A stretch of DNA of 64,000 nt from Thecamonas trahens ATCC 50062 (Eukaryota; Protista; Apusomonadida), in contig NW_013657638.1 of assembly GCF_000142905.1 (NCBI RefSeq), positions 213,103 to 277,102 on the forward strand. Direction: 5' to 3'. The position numbers and the translations under genes were made by a program. The notes under the pieces are model-generated. The model did not search any database. It was not told the origin of the DNA and was given only the letters and a program-made list of their open reading frames with translations. This document shows, one piece after another, positions 46,555 through 56,184 of the stretch (position 1 is its first letter; every line of letters begins with the position of its first letter).

Positions 46555-48939
46555 CTACTCGCACTTCAATACAAGGACGCTCACCTGATCAAAGGTAGCC
46601 AGAAAGACGACGACTCGGTCGCCGACTGGGGTGACGCAGTACGCACTCGGCGCCGCCGCCAGCTCGAACACGACGTCGCCGTCAATGACGTCGCGGGCAA
46701 GAAAGGCCGAGCCCGAGTGCATGCACCACATGCTGCGGCCGGTGACCGGGACCGCACCGGCCGGCGCCGAGACGGTAAATGGCCCGGATGCCTGCGTGAG
46801 CGGTGCGTGCCGGACCAGGAGCGTGAGCGACGACGTGTCCCACACCCCTACTGAGCCGTCGGCTGCGAGCGTGTACAGCGCGCTCGCCACCCCGTTCCAT
46901 GCAATGCTTGTGAGCGCCGGCCACGAGGCCGGAAGACTGAACAGCGGCTGGAAAAGGCCGGACCGGACCGTGCCGACCTTGCCCGAGGTGAGGCCGACCA
47001 CCAGTCCCATCGTCTCGGTCCAGAGCATACCGGCCACCCGCTCCTGCGGCTCAAGAACGACAGACGGGAGGATGGCGGACGACTCCCCAGCACCGGCGCA
47101 CATGGCGCGCCCGACCTCGGCAATGTACCGCCCGCGCCCGGCTACAAACACCCGCAGCGTCTTGCGCCCCGGCACTGGGTAAGTGACCAGGGCCGTGACG
47201 CCGGGCTCACCCGGTTCTCCGTCGCCGGCAAACGATACCGTTCGCAAGTGGCCAAACTCGCGCCCGCACCACGCCGAGACGCTTCCCCCTGCGTCGCCGA
47301 CCAGAACGAGCGGCTCCGGCGCCGAGACGACTGCAATCGCCGTCACATGCCGCGATAGGTCGCGCTCGCCGGCCGGCTCCAGCACATGTTCCACCGTCGC
47401 TTGTCCCGTCGTTCCCGCTGGCCCGTTTGCTGCCAGCGGGTACGCGTGGATGTAGACCGCGCCACTCGCGGTCCCGACAAACACCCGTCGGCTCTCGGCA
47501 TCAAACACAACACACGTCACCGTGTGGACGTGGCCGCTGAGGACACCAAGCGCTTCGCGCTCTGCCCGCGGATCCGTGTACACCCGCTTGGTGGCGCGAG
47601 CCTCAAGCGCCGCCGCCCTCGTCTCATCGTCGGCGCCGGCGCTCGCCGACGCACTGGCACCGGTGCCACCCTCGTCCTGCGCGACAAGCATGTCGACGAG
47701 CGTCCGCGACGGTGGACCACTGGGGAAGCACTCGGCGCCGTGCCGCCGCTTCTGGGCCTCGGGGTCGTGGGCGACAAGGACTGGTACAGCAGGCGCGCTG
47801 GCTGCCTCGCCATCGGCCGCCGGCGCGCCCTCGGGCATCCGCGCCTCGGCCTCGGAGACCGAGATGAGCTCGACCTCAAAGCCGTCGTCGAGACGGTCGT
47901 CCTTCCGCCCGTCGTCAAGCTCAGCCTTGGTCAGCCGGACCACCGGCTCCATGAATGCGGTGTGGGCCTGGAGGCGGAAGAGGTAGGTGTCCGGAAAGCG
48001 GCGGAGCGCCAGCGTCCGCGGCCCGGCCGCATGCAAGACACGAAGATAGAGGTCGCCGGCGATGGCGACACCCTGCAGCGCACCAAGGACCGGCGGCGCG
48101 CTTTCGTCGTCGGCAGCGGGCGTCGAGACCGACTCGACGGCGTCGGCGTCTGAAACATCCGTCAGGTCGATGACCATCGTCTGTGGGCCGTCGGCGGCAA
48201 GGTAGTGCTCCATGACCGAGACCTCGCGGCGGGTCGAGGCAAGCAGGGTGCCACCGGGCGCGTCATAGACCTCGATGTAGGGGCGGAAGCCACGCGAGGT
48301 GGAGAGCGCCGGTGGGAGGCCATGAAGGACGACGCGCAACAGACGGCGCGGAAAGTCCGCCACCGGCACGCCGCGGTAGACAACAGCCTCAAACATGGCG
48401 ACGGCGTTGCGCTGGCACGGGTTGGTCACCTGGCCACCTTTGCGGCGGCGAGCGCGCATGTACGCGTAGTAGTCGAGCGCCTCCTGGGCCGAGCTCACCA
48501 GGCCGGAGAAGAGCAGGTAGGCGGAGATGATGGTTCCTGTGCGGCCCTTGCCGGCGCGGCAGTGGATGCAGGCCACGTTTGCGGCGTCTGCGGCAAGCCA
48601 GCCATGGATTGATGAGGCAATGGTGTACAGCAGGGCCAGCGGCGGCGCGTGGTGGTCCTTGAAGCCAAAGTTGAGGACCTGGTCCGAGAACTTCTCCGTG
48701 TCGTACGCGATCTCCGAGAGGTTGTACAGCATGAACCCGTTGGCGTGGTGCTTCTCCAGGTACCCCACCACGTCGTCGATCGGATTGCGGTATGCTGCCG
48801 TCAAGCCCTCTGCCGGCAGTCCCATCGCCATCAGTCGCGGCGTGATGTATGTCAGGTCCAGATCAAACTCGCCGTCGTCCGTCCGCTCGCGGCCCTGCGA
48901 GATGAGCTTGCGCACCTTGCGCAGCAGCATGGACGCCAT
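46555..48939 (-). CDS. PTEN/tensin-type phosphatase, C2 domain and C-terminal WD40 repeats
   Basis: DLDLTYITPRLMAMGLPA..YRNPI, YNLSE, FKDHHAPPL, P-loop HCRAGKGRTG, VTNPCQ, C2 domain GDLYLRV...FRLQAHTAF...ELD, WD repeats LSGHVHTVTCV...VGDAGGSVSAW...DGSVGVWD. Confidence 0.88.
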   Translation of the reverse strand: MASMLLRKVRKLISQGRERTDDGEFDLDLTYITPRLMAMGLPAEGLTAAYRNPIDDVVGYLEKHHANGFMLYNLSEIAYDTEKFSDQVLNFGFKDHHAPPLALLYTIASSIHGWLAADAANVACIHCRAGKGRTGTIISAYLLFSGLVSSAQEALDYYAYMRARRRKGGQVTNPCQRNAVAMFEAVVYRGVPVADFPRRLLRVVLHGLPPALSTSRGFRPYIEVYDAPGGTLLASTRREVSVMEHYLAADGPQTMVIDLTDVSDADAVESVSTPAADDESAPPVLGALQGVAIAGDLYLRVLHAAGPRTLALRRFPDTYLFRLQAHTAFMEPVVRLTKAELDDGRKDDRLDDGFEVELISVSEAEARMPEGAPAADGEAASAPAVPVLVAHDPEAQKRRHGAECFPSGPPSRTLVDMLVAQDEGGTGASASASAGADDETRAAALEARATKRVYTDPRAEREALGVLSGHVHTVTCVVFDAESRRVFVGTASGAVYIHAYPLAANGPAGTTGQATVEHVLEPAGERDLSRHVTAIAVVSAPEPLVLVGDAGGSVSAWCGREFGHLRTVSFAGDGEPGEPGVTALVTYPVPGRKTLRVFVAGRGRYIAEVGRAMCAGAGESSAILPSVVLEPQERVAGMLWTETMGLVVGLTSGKVGTVRSGLFQPLFSLPASWPALTSIAWNGVASALYTLAADGSVGVWDTSSLTLLVRHAPLTQASGPFTVSAPAGAVPVTGRSMWCMHSGSAFLARDVIDGDVVFELAAAPSAYCVTPVGDRVVVFLATFDQVSVLVLKCE

Positions 48940-49345
48940 ACCCCACGAGTCCGTCAGCTGCTTGCACTGCGTGTACGGAGGAGGAAGAGGCGGAGGAGAG
49001 GGGGAAGAGTGAGGTGGTGCCTCCGTCCCCCCCCCCCTCCTCCCCTGCACCCCACAGAGCCCCGTCCTCCCGCCACCACCTGCTCCTGCCCCCACTTTGC
49101 CGACTGATCGCCCCCTTTCTGGTTCTCCCTGCACCCTCACCATCACCTTCATTCCTCTCCTCACAAGCCCTTCTCTCCTTCCCCCCCCCCCCCCCTCCCC
49201 CCCCCCCCCTCCCCCCTTACTCCCCACCCCCCTCACACCACCCGCCATGGCCACACCCATTAGAGTAAGCAACCTTCCTTCCTTCCACCTCTTGGCCTGG
49301 GGCCGGTCAGACTGGTCAGGCACGCTCTCTCCCTCACATGCGTAC

Positions 49346-50706
49346 CGCCCACGACNNNNNNNNNNNNNNNNNNNNNNNNNNNNNNNNNNNNNNNNNNNNN
49401 NNNNNNNNNNNNNNNNNNNNNNNNNNNNNNNNNNNNNNNNNNNNNNNNNNNNNNNNNNNNNNNNNNNNNNNNNNNNNNNNNNNNNNNNNNNNNNNNNNNN
49501 NNNNNNNNNNNNNNNNNNNNNNNNNNNNNNNNNNNNNNNNNNNNNNNNNNNNNNNNNNNNNNNNNNNNNNNNNNNNNNNNNNNNNNNNNNNNNNNNNNNN
49601 NNNNNNNNNNNNNNNNNNNNNNNNNNNNNNNNNNNNNNNNNNNNNNNNNNNNNNNNNNNNNNNNNNNNNNNNNNNNNNNNNNNNNNNNNNNNNNNNNNNN
49701 NNNNNNNNNNNNNNNNNNNNNNNNNNNNNNNNNNNNNNNNNNNNNNNNNNNNNNNNNNNNNNNNNNNNNNNNNNNNNNNNNNNNNNNNNNNNNNNNNNNN
49801 NNNNNNNNNNNNNNNNNNNNNNNNNNNNNNNNNNNNNNNNNNNNNNNNNNNNNNNNNNNNNNNNNNNNNNNNNNNNNNNNNNNNNNNNNNNNNNNNNNNN
49901 NNNNNNNNNNNNNNNNNNNNNNNNNNNNNNNNNNNNNNNNNNNNNNNNNNNNNNNNNNNNNNNNNNNNNNNNNNNNNNNNNNNNNNNNNNNNNTCCAGCG
50001 CCAGTAGCGCCTCGCGGGCCTCGAACGAGACCATCACCCGCGGCTTGGACGCCCGAACGTCGTACATGGCAACCTGTGCGCCCTCGACCGCCACAAAGTG
50101 TGCGCCGCCTTCGTCGCCCGGCCACGCCTTGATCGCACTCACCCGCCCCAGGCTACTCATGGACCGCACCATCGCCTCGGTCTCCACATCGTGCACGCTC
50201 AGCATACGCGCCCAGTAATGCCCGAGCGCTGCAGTACCCGCCGCGGCAGAGAGCGCCACCGAGTTGCCGCCCCACTCGCAGGCCGAGCCGGCCGGCGACG
50301 CCTCGCCAGCCCCGAGCACTGCCACTGACCGCACCGCGCCGTCGTCCCCCACCATCGCCACCGCGCCGCGCCCGCGCCCGTCGGCGAGCCCGACCCGCAG
50401 CCCGGCGCCATCGTCGCTGAGGGCCACCACAAGGTTCTGGATCTCCTCCAGGCCAGCGTCGGCCACATCGATCGCCTGCACCAGGTCGTCACCCGCCAGC
50501 GGCGGCTCGTCCACCGGCCAAGCGCTCCCCTCGGGCTCGCTCATCTGCGCACCACCCGCATACACCGTCGTCCCTGTCGCCATCCACACCGCCGCCCCAC
50601 TCACCGCGCCCGTCGCCAGCCCCACCCGCGTGCCATGGACTGAGCCCGGGCTCCACCTCTTGCCATCCTCGCCCAGCACCACCCGCTGCCTGTGCACCCG
50701 CTCCAT
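49346..50706 (-). CDS. WD40-like beta-propeller protein interrupted by a gap; probable last intron 48967-49345
   Basis: MERVHR...EIQNLVV...VAVEGAQVAMYDVR, a beta-propeller pattern. GTACGC donor at 49345 and a polypyrimidine-CAG acceptor at 48967. Confidence 0.55.
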
Positions 50707-50936
50707 GACCTAGCCGCTCCTTGCCTTGCCTTGCCGTTCCGTGCCTTGCCTTGCCTCGCCGTTTCCTCAACCGGTCAGAGTCAGGTGCCCGTCCCCGTCC
50801 CCGTTCTTGTCCACCCCTTCCGTCTCCCATCTCCGGTCTCCCGTCCTTCCTCTCCTCCCTCCCTCCGCCCCGCAACTCTGTAGCCAGCGCACCGCCTCTC
50901 CTCCCACTCCCACAGCTGACTCGGCCGCCCTCCACC

Positions 50937-53010
50937 ATGGCCGCGCCCAAGACCATCACCGAGCTCTCCCAGCTGCAGAACCTCGTCAAGAGAGACCCCG
51001 AAGTACGCCCCGCTCCCCTCTTCCCCTCTTCCCCCCTACCCCCTACCCCTACCCCCTACCCCTACCCCCTGCCCCCCCCCTCCGCCCTCCCCCTCCCCCC
51101 CATCACAGATGGATGGCCCAGGATGGCTCACCCTCCCCCCCCCTCCCCCACACCCCCAACCCCTACAGAGCTACCGCGAAGAGTTCGACCAGCAGTACCG
51201 GCACTTCCACTCGCTGTATGCGATTGTGGTGCTGGCACCGTCCAAGGATACCCGGCACTTTGAAGACCTGGCTACCTTTGTGGCCCATGTCGTCCATGTC
51301 TACCCGGACAAGGCTGCCGAGTTTCCGGCGCTGGTCGTCGAGCTGCTGGAGGATCATGCGGCGGCACTCTCGCCGCGGCTGCGCAAGACGCTGGTCCGAT
51401 GCCTGGTACTGTGCCGGAACAAGGGCCTTGTCGATCCGCTCGTCTCGCTCTCGCTCGCTTTCAAGCTCTTTCGCGTCAACGACAAGGTCCTCCGCGAGAC
51501 GCTCTTCAACCACATTGTGAGCGACATCCGCAACATGAACAAGAAGCGGATCAACAACAAGGTCAACTCGGCGCTGCAGTCGATGCTCTTTGGCTTTTTG
51601 CAGGACGCGTCCAAGACGGCTGCCAAGTGCGCGCTCGACGTCATCATCGCCCTCTACCGCAAGCGGGTGTGGATCGACGCCAAGACCGTCAACGTCATCG
51701 CCTCGGGCTGCTTTGCCAAGGACAACACCAAGATGCTCGTGGCCGCCCTCAAGTTCTTTGTCTCTGACCACGATCTCGACCTTGGCGCCGCCGGCGACGA
51801 CGACGACGACTCGCACATCAAGAAGGAGGAGTTTACCAACGTTACCGCCGTCAAGGCTCACTTTCAGCACTCGTCCAAGACTCGCTCGCGCCAGCGCAAG
51901 CTTGAGCGGGCCCTCCGCCGCGTGAACAAGACAAACTCGGGCGAGACGGTGGTGAAGAAGAAGAAGAAGCCTGAGCCGCAGTTTACTGCCATCGAGCTCC
52001 TCTACGACGGCCAGTCGTTCGCCGAGCGGCTCTTTGGCCTCCTCCGCAAGTCCAAGGAGCGCTTCGAGGTCCGCCTGCTCATGATGGACATGATTGCGAG
52101 GACCATTGCCGCTCACGAGCTGGTGGTGCTCAACTTTTACCCGTTCATGCAGCGGTACATGCAGCCGCACCAGCAGCACGCTATCCTCATCCTCTCCATC
52201 GTTGCCCAGGCCGTCCACCCTCTCGTCCCGGACGACGTCATCCTGCCGGTTCTTCAGACACTGCTCTTCCACTTTGTCACCGACCGCTCCTCGGCCGATG
52301 TCATCACCGTCGGCCTCAACACCGCCCGCGAGATCTGCCGTCGCCACCCGGACGCCATCACTGAGGACCTCCTCGCCGACCTTGTCATGTACAAGTCGTC
52401 CAAGTTTAAGGGCGTCGCCATGGCCGCCCGATCGCTCCTCCAGCTCTACCGCAACGTGCGGCCCGAGATGCTCCACCGCCGGCTGCGCGGCAAGGAGGCT
52501 TCCATGGCCATCACCGAGCGCAAGCGCAAGGCTCTGGAGGACGCCAACGCCATCTCCAATGACGACGACGATGATGGTGGAGACGACGAGGCTGGCTCGG
52601 GCCGCCGCGTCCGCTTTGAGGGCGTCTCTGACGACGACGGTGGCGATGACGACGGCGAGTGGGTCGACCTCGACGACGCCGACGACGACCCGGCGGCCAG
52701 CCTCGCCGCGCCGGCCGAGCGCCTCGACCGCGGCAACATCGATCGCTTCCGCCGCCGCAAGAAGATGACCGCCAAGGAGCGTCTCGAGTGGGTCCGCGCC
52801 GGCCGCCCCGAGGCCCGCCACGAGCACTTCCGCGACACCAAGATCGAGAAGAACCAGTCCAAGACCAACATGGAGAAGAAGTCGACAAAGAACTACCTCA
52901 TGCTGCAGCGGTCGGCCAAGGTCCGCTTCAAGTCGCGCGAGTCGCTCACCGAGCGCAACGACCGCCAGCGCAAGCATCGCCGCTCGCTCAAGCGCCGCCG
53001 CAAGAAGTAG
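50937..53010 (+). CDS. SDA1: SDA1 60S ribosome biogenesis/export protein; intron 51003-51168
   Basis: LSQLQNLVKRDPE|SYREEF, VWIDAKTVNVI, ELLYDGQSFAERLF, NFYPFMQRYMQPHQ, VGLNTAREIC, KGVAMAARSLLQLYR, basic C-terminus. Confidence 0.95.
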
Positions 53011-53794
53011 ACTCGGCTCCCGCTTCCGCCCGCCACGCCTCGTAGTCGTGGACGTGAAAGTAGCCGCCGTTGGCCAGCCCGTGCACCTCGGCAAACGCCG
53101 CCCGCGCCGCGCCGCCGGCCTCGCTCTCGTCGATGAGGAACCGAAAGACGTCGCGGATGTCGTCTGGCGCCCGCTGGCCATCCGGGTTCAAATCCGTCGC
53201 CACCGAGCCCGGCGACAGCGCCACCACCCGAGTCGCTGTCTCTGGGCCGAGCTCCGCTGCCGCCACCGCCGACAGCCCGTTGAGCGCGTACTTTGAGGCG
53301 CAGTACGGGCCGAGCTGCGGAATGCCCATCACCCCCGCCGCCGAAGACATGTTGAGCACCAGATCAGGCAGCTTGTCGGCGTTCTCGACCCGTAGCGCAC
53401 CCGCAAGCACATTGAACGCGCCCACTACATTGACCTCGAGCACCTTCCGGAGCCCGTCAGCTGTCGCCGCCGTCAGCGCCGCACGCTCGCCCACCACGCC
53501 CGCGTTGTTCACCACCACATGGACCTTCCCCACCGCCGACCGCACCGCCGCCACTGCTGCCTCCACCGCCGCCGCCTCGGTCACGTCCGCCGTATGCACC
53601 GAGAAGACCGTCCCCTCGCTCGCACCGCCTCCCGCTGCCGCCGCCTCCAGCTCGTCCTTGGCCTCGGCCAGCCGCACAGCATCGCGGGCCACCAGCGCCA
53701 CATGCTCGGCCTGTTCCTCAGCACAGATCCGGGCCAGTGCCAGTCCGATCCCACGCGAGCCGCCGGTGATGAGCACGTTCCGTCCTGCAAGCAT
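52988..53794 (-). CDS. Classical short-chain dehydrogenase/reductase
   Basis: VLITGGSRGIG, VVNNAGV, NMSS, YCASK, LSPGSVATDL. Confidence 0.9.
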   Translation of the reverse strand: MLAGRNVLITGGSRGIGLALARICAEEQAEHVALVARDAVRLAEAKDELEAAAAGGGASEGTVFSVHTADVTEAAAVEAAVAAVRSAVGKVHVVVNNAGVVGERAALTAATADGLRKVLEVNVVGAFNVLAGALRVENADKLPDLVLNMSSAAGVMGIPQLGPYCASKYALNGLSAVAAAELGPETATRVVALSPGSVATDLNPDGQRAPDDIRDVFRFLIDESEAGGAARAAFAEVHGLANGGYFHVHDYEAWRAEAGAESTSCGGA

Positions 53795-54162
53795 TTCTTG
53801 TCTGGGCTTGTTGTTCTGGGGACCGAGTGATGTGCGTGCCTCTGCGTCGTTTTGCCTCCGCAGCCGATCCCGGGCGAGCGCTTGAGCGCTGGCGATGTGC
53901 TGGCCATGGCGGGCCAAGGCCGTGCGCTCACTCTGGGAATTGATCAAAAGTGTCCGCCCTGTGTCGGCCCCATCCACCGTCATTGGAGTCACCCGCCTGC
54001 CCAGGGGAGGCGGCTGCGGCTGGGGGCTGTCGGTTGGTGGCCGTCGCGGCGGAGCCACGCGTCATACTCGCCAGGGCGACTCACATTGCGCTCGGCAGTC
54101 CTCAACAGCTCACGCCACTTCTCACCGACACCACCCAGCACCTTTGGTCCATCTCCTCTACC

Positions 54163-54717
54163 ATGGCCACCCGCCCCGCTCTGGCGGCCTTTCGCACGCT
54201 CATGCGCACCCAGCAGCGCGTCTTTGCCGGCGACGCGGCTATGCAAGCCGCGGCCGTCCTCCGCATCCGCGACGAGTTTGCCGCCCGCGCTGCACTCACA
54301 GATCCGACGGAGATTGCTCACGCCGTGGCGGCTGCCCACGAAGCCGCCGACTTTCTCCGCCAGAACGTGCTCCAGGTCGAGCGGGCCGAGTCGGCTGCGC
54401 CTGCCGATGCCGGAGCCGCCGCTGATGGTGCTGCTGCCGATGAGGTGCCGGTGACGTACAAGGCCACCTTTCACAACGACGTCGAGTGGGGCACCGATCT
54501 GCGCGGCGCTGCCGAGCGAGAGGGTGTGCCTTTCCCCACAGACTGCATCGAGTACGAGGCAACGTTCAAGGAGCTTGGCGGCGGTGACGACGTCTCCCTC
54601 GCCGACGTCTCTCGGGCCGTCCAGGCCAAGAAGGCCGCGGCTGCCGCTTCCGACCCCTCACCCTCGCCCTCCATCCGCGATCTCCGTGCCAAGCGCAAGG
54701 AGCGCCGCCAGCACTGA
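54163..54717 (+). CDS. LYRM7: LYR-motif complex III assembly factor (LYRM7/Mzm1-like)
   Basis: ALAAFRTLMRTQQRVFAGD...IRDEF...EAADFLRQNVLQ. Confidence 0.78.
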   Translation: MATRPALAAFRTLMRTQQRVFAGDAAMQAAAVLRIRDEFAARAALTDPTEIAHAVAAAHEAADFLRQNVLQVERAESAAPADAGAAADGAAADEVPVTYKATFHNDVEWGTDLRGAAEREGVPFPTDCIEYEATFKELGGGDDVSLADVSRAVQAKKAAAAASDPSPSPSIRDLRAKRKERRQH

Positions 54718-55279
54718 ATCACGCTGCCTGCCCACGCCCATCGCTTCAACTACGCCTGACCACGCCCAGCTCTACAGCCCGGCTTGTTGCCTGCCTATCG
54801 CCTGCCCATCGCCTGCCCACCGCCTGTCCACCGCCTGCCTGCCCACCACTTGCCCACGCCCAGCTCAACAGTCAGCCCCCCCTCCCCTTCCCCCCCCTCT
54901 CCCTCTCCACATCAATCTGCTCCCCGATCTCCTCGATCCCTCCTGAGCCCCCGTGGACGCACCGTGATGGCGGAGCCGGGGTCAAGGGTGAAAATGGCTG
55001 GAGCCCGCGCGCTCTCCAGCTTCGACTTAAACAGTCNNNNNNNNNNNNNNNNNNNNNNNNNNNNNNNNNNNNNNNNNNNNNNNNNNNNNNNNNNNNNNNN
55101 NNNNNNNNNNNNNNNNNNNNNNNNNNNNNNNNNNNNNNNNNNNNNNNNNNNNNNNNNNNNNNNNNNNNNNNNNNNNNNNNNNNNNNNNNNNNNNNNNNNN
55201 NNNNNNNNNNNNNNNACCCCGAGCCCGGCAAGGTGACAGACAACTTGTCCGTCATCCACCCATCTCTCTTATCAGCACC

Positions 55280-55861
55280 ATGGCCGATCTCACCGTTCCC
55301 GAGAAGCAGTTTGACGAGGCGTACTTTGCCAGCAATGCGTGCGTCAAGCGCGACGTGGTGGACTTTCTGCAAAAGTACGTCAAGAACTCGCTCCTCAAGG
55401 AGCACAACATGAACGGCGCGGCCAAGTCGGTGGCCAAGAACCGCAAGAAGCCGCAGCTGGAGGAGGTGTACAACAAGGTCTACGCTGAGGCGCCTGCCTG
55501 GTGGAAGACGTCCGAGGATGTCGAGGCCGAGGCTGCTGAGGCCGCCGCAGAGGCTGCCGCCGCCGCAGAGGCCGAGATCGCTCGCAAGGCCAAGGCCAAG
55601 GCCGCCGCAGAGGCCCGCCAGGCCAAGCTCGACGCACTCAAGGCCGAGCGCATGGCTGGCAGCAATGCGGCCAAGGGCAATGCGGACAGAGGCGGCAGTG
55701 GTGCCGGTCGGATTCGTGGCCGCCAGGGCGGAAAGGTCAAGCCGCTCAAGCAGAAGAAGGCCCGCGCCAAGGTCATGACCGAGGAGGACGAGGAGTTCCA
55801 GCGCAAGCGCCGTGAGGACGCTGCCCGCCTCAAGGCCGCCCGTGCTAAGGCCAAGAAGTAA
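55280..55861 (+). CDS. Fusion of an FKBP25-type BTHB domain and TMA7
   Basis: N-terminal VPEKQFDEAYFASNACVKRDVVDFLQKY..NSLLKEHNMNGAAKSVAKNRKKPQLEEVYNKVY. C-terminal GRQGGKVKPLKQKKARAKVMTEEDEEFQRKRREDAARLKAARAKA. Confidence 0.8.
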   Translation: MADLTVPEKQFDEAYFASNACVKRDVVDFLQKYVKNSLLKEHNMNGAAKSVAKNRKKPQLEEVYNKVYAEAPAWWKTSEDVEAEAAEAAAEAAAAAEAEIARKAKAKAAAEARQAKLDALKAERMAGSNAAKGNADRGGSGAGRIRGRQGGKVKPLKQKKARAKVMTEEDEEFQRKRREDAARLKAARAKAKK

Positions 55862-56184
55862 CTTTGCTGCTCTCTCGCCGATGGCCTTCCTCGCGACCCG
55901 CTCTGTCTTGCCATCATCGCCTTGCGCCTTTGATCCGGCTCGAGGACTCGAACTCTGGCGCGCAGAAGGCACGGACACTCTGACCCTATCGCCCTTTGCC
56001 CCTCCATTTGATCCCCTCGCACCGGTCGTGGTCCTTACTCCCGCAATGAATCCAAAGCTAGCTTATCCGCCTCGCGCCCCTCCCCGCCCTTTTGGGCCTC
56101 AGCTGGCCGTACACGGCTCGAACGCCTTCGATTGGAAGCGGCTCCTCCACAGACAGGCCTCGGCTCACCTCTCGCTCGCTTGCC

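Noticed and set aside
46520-46598. Convergent CDS overlap between ORF 44085-46598 and the PTEN-WD40 gene
   Set aside because: The overlap disappears once the probable indel near 46461 is corrected (stop at 46519).
46555-50706. The 1383-aa ORF in the track as a single unspliced protein
   Set aside because: It reads through 638 Ns and intron-like G/C tracts, so frame continuity across the gap means nothing.
54945-55036. Hairpin gctggag...ctccagc next to the gap as a tRNA, SECIS or other ncRNA
   Set aside because: No cloverleaf, T-loop or SECIS core could be built, and the region is truncated by the gap.
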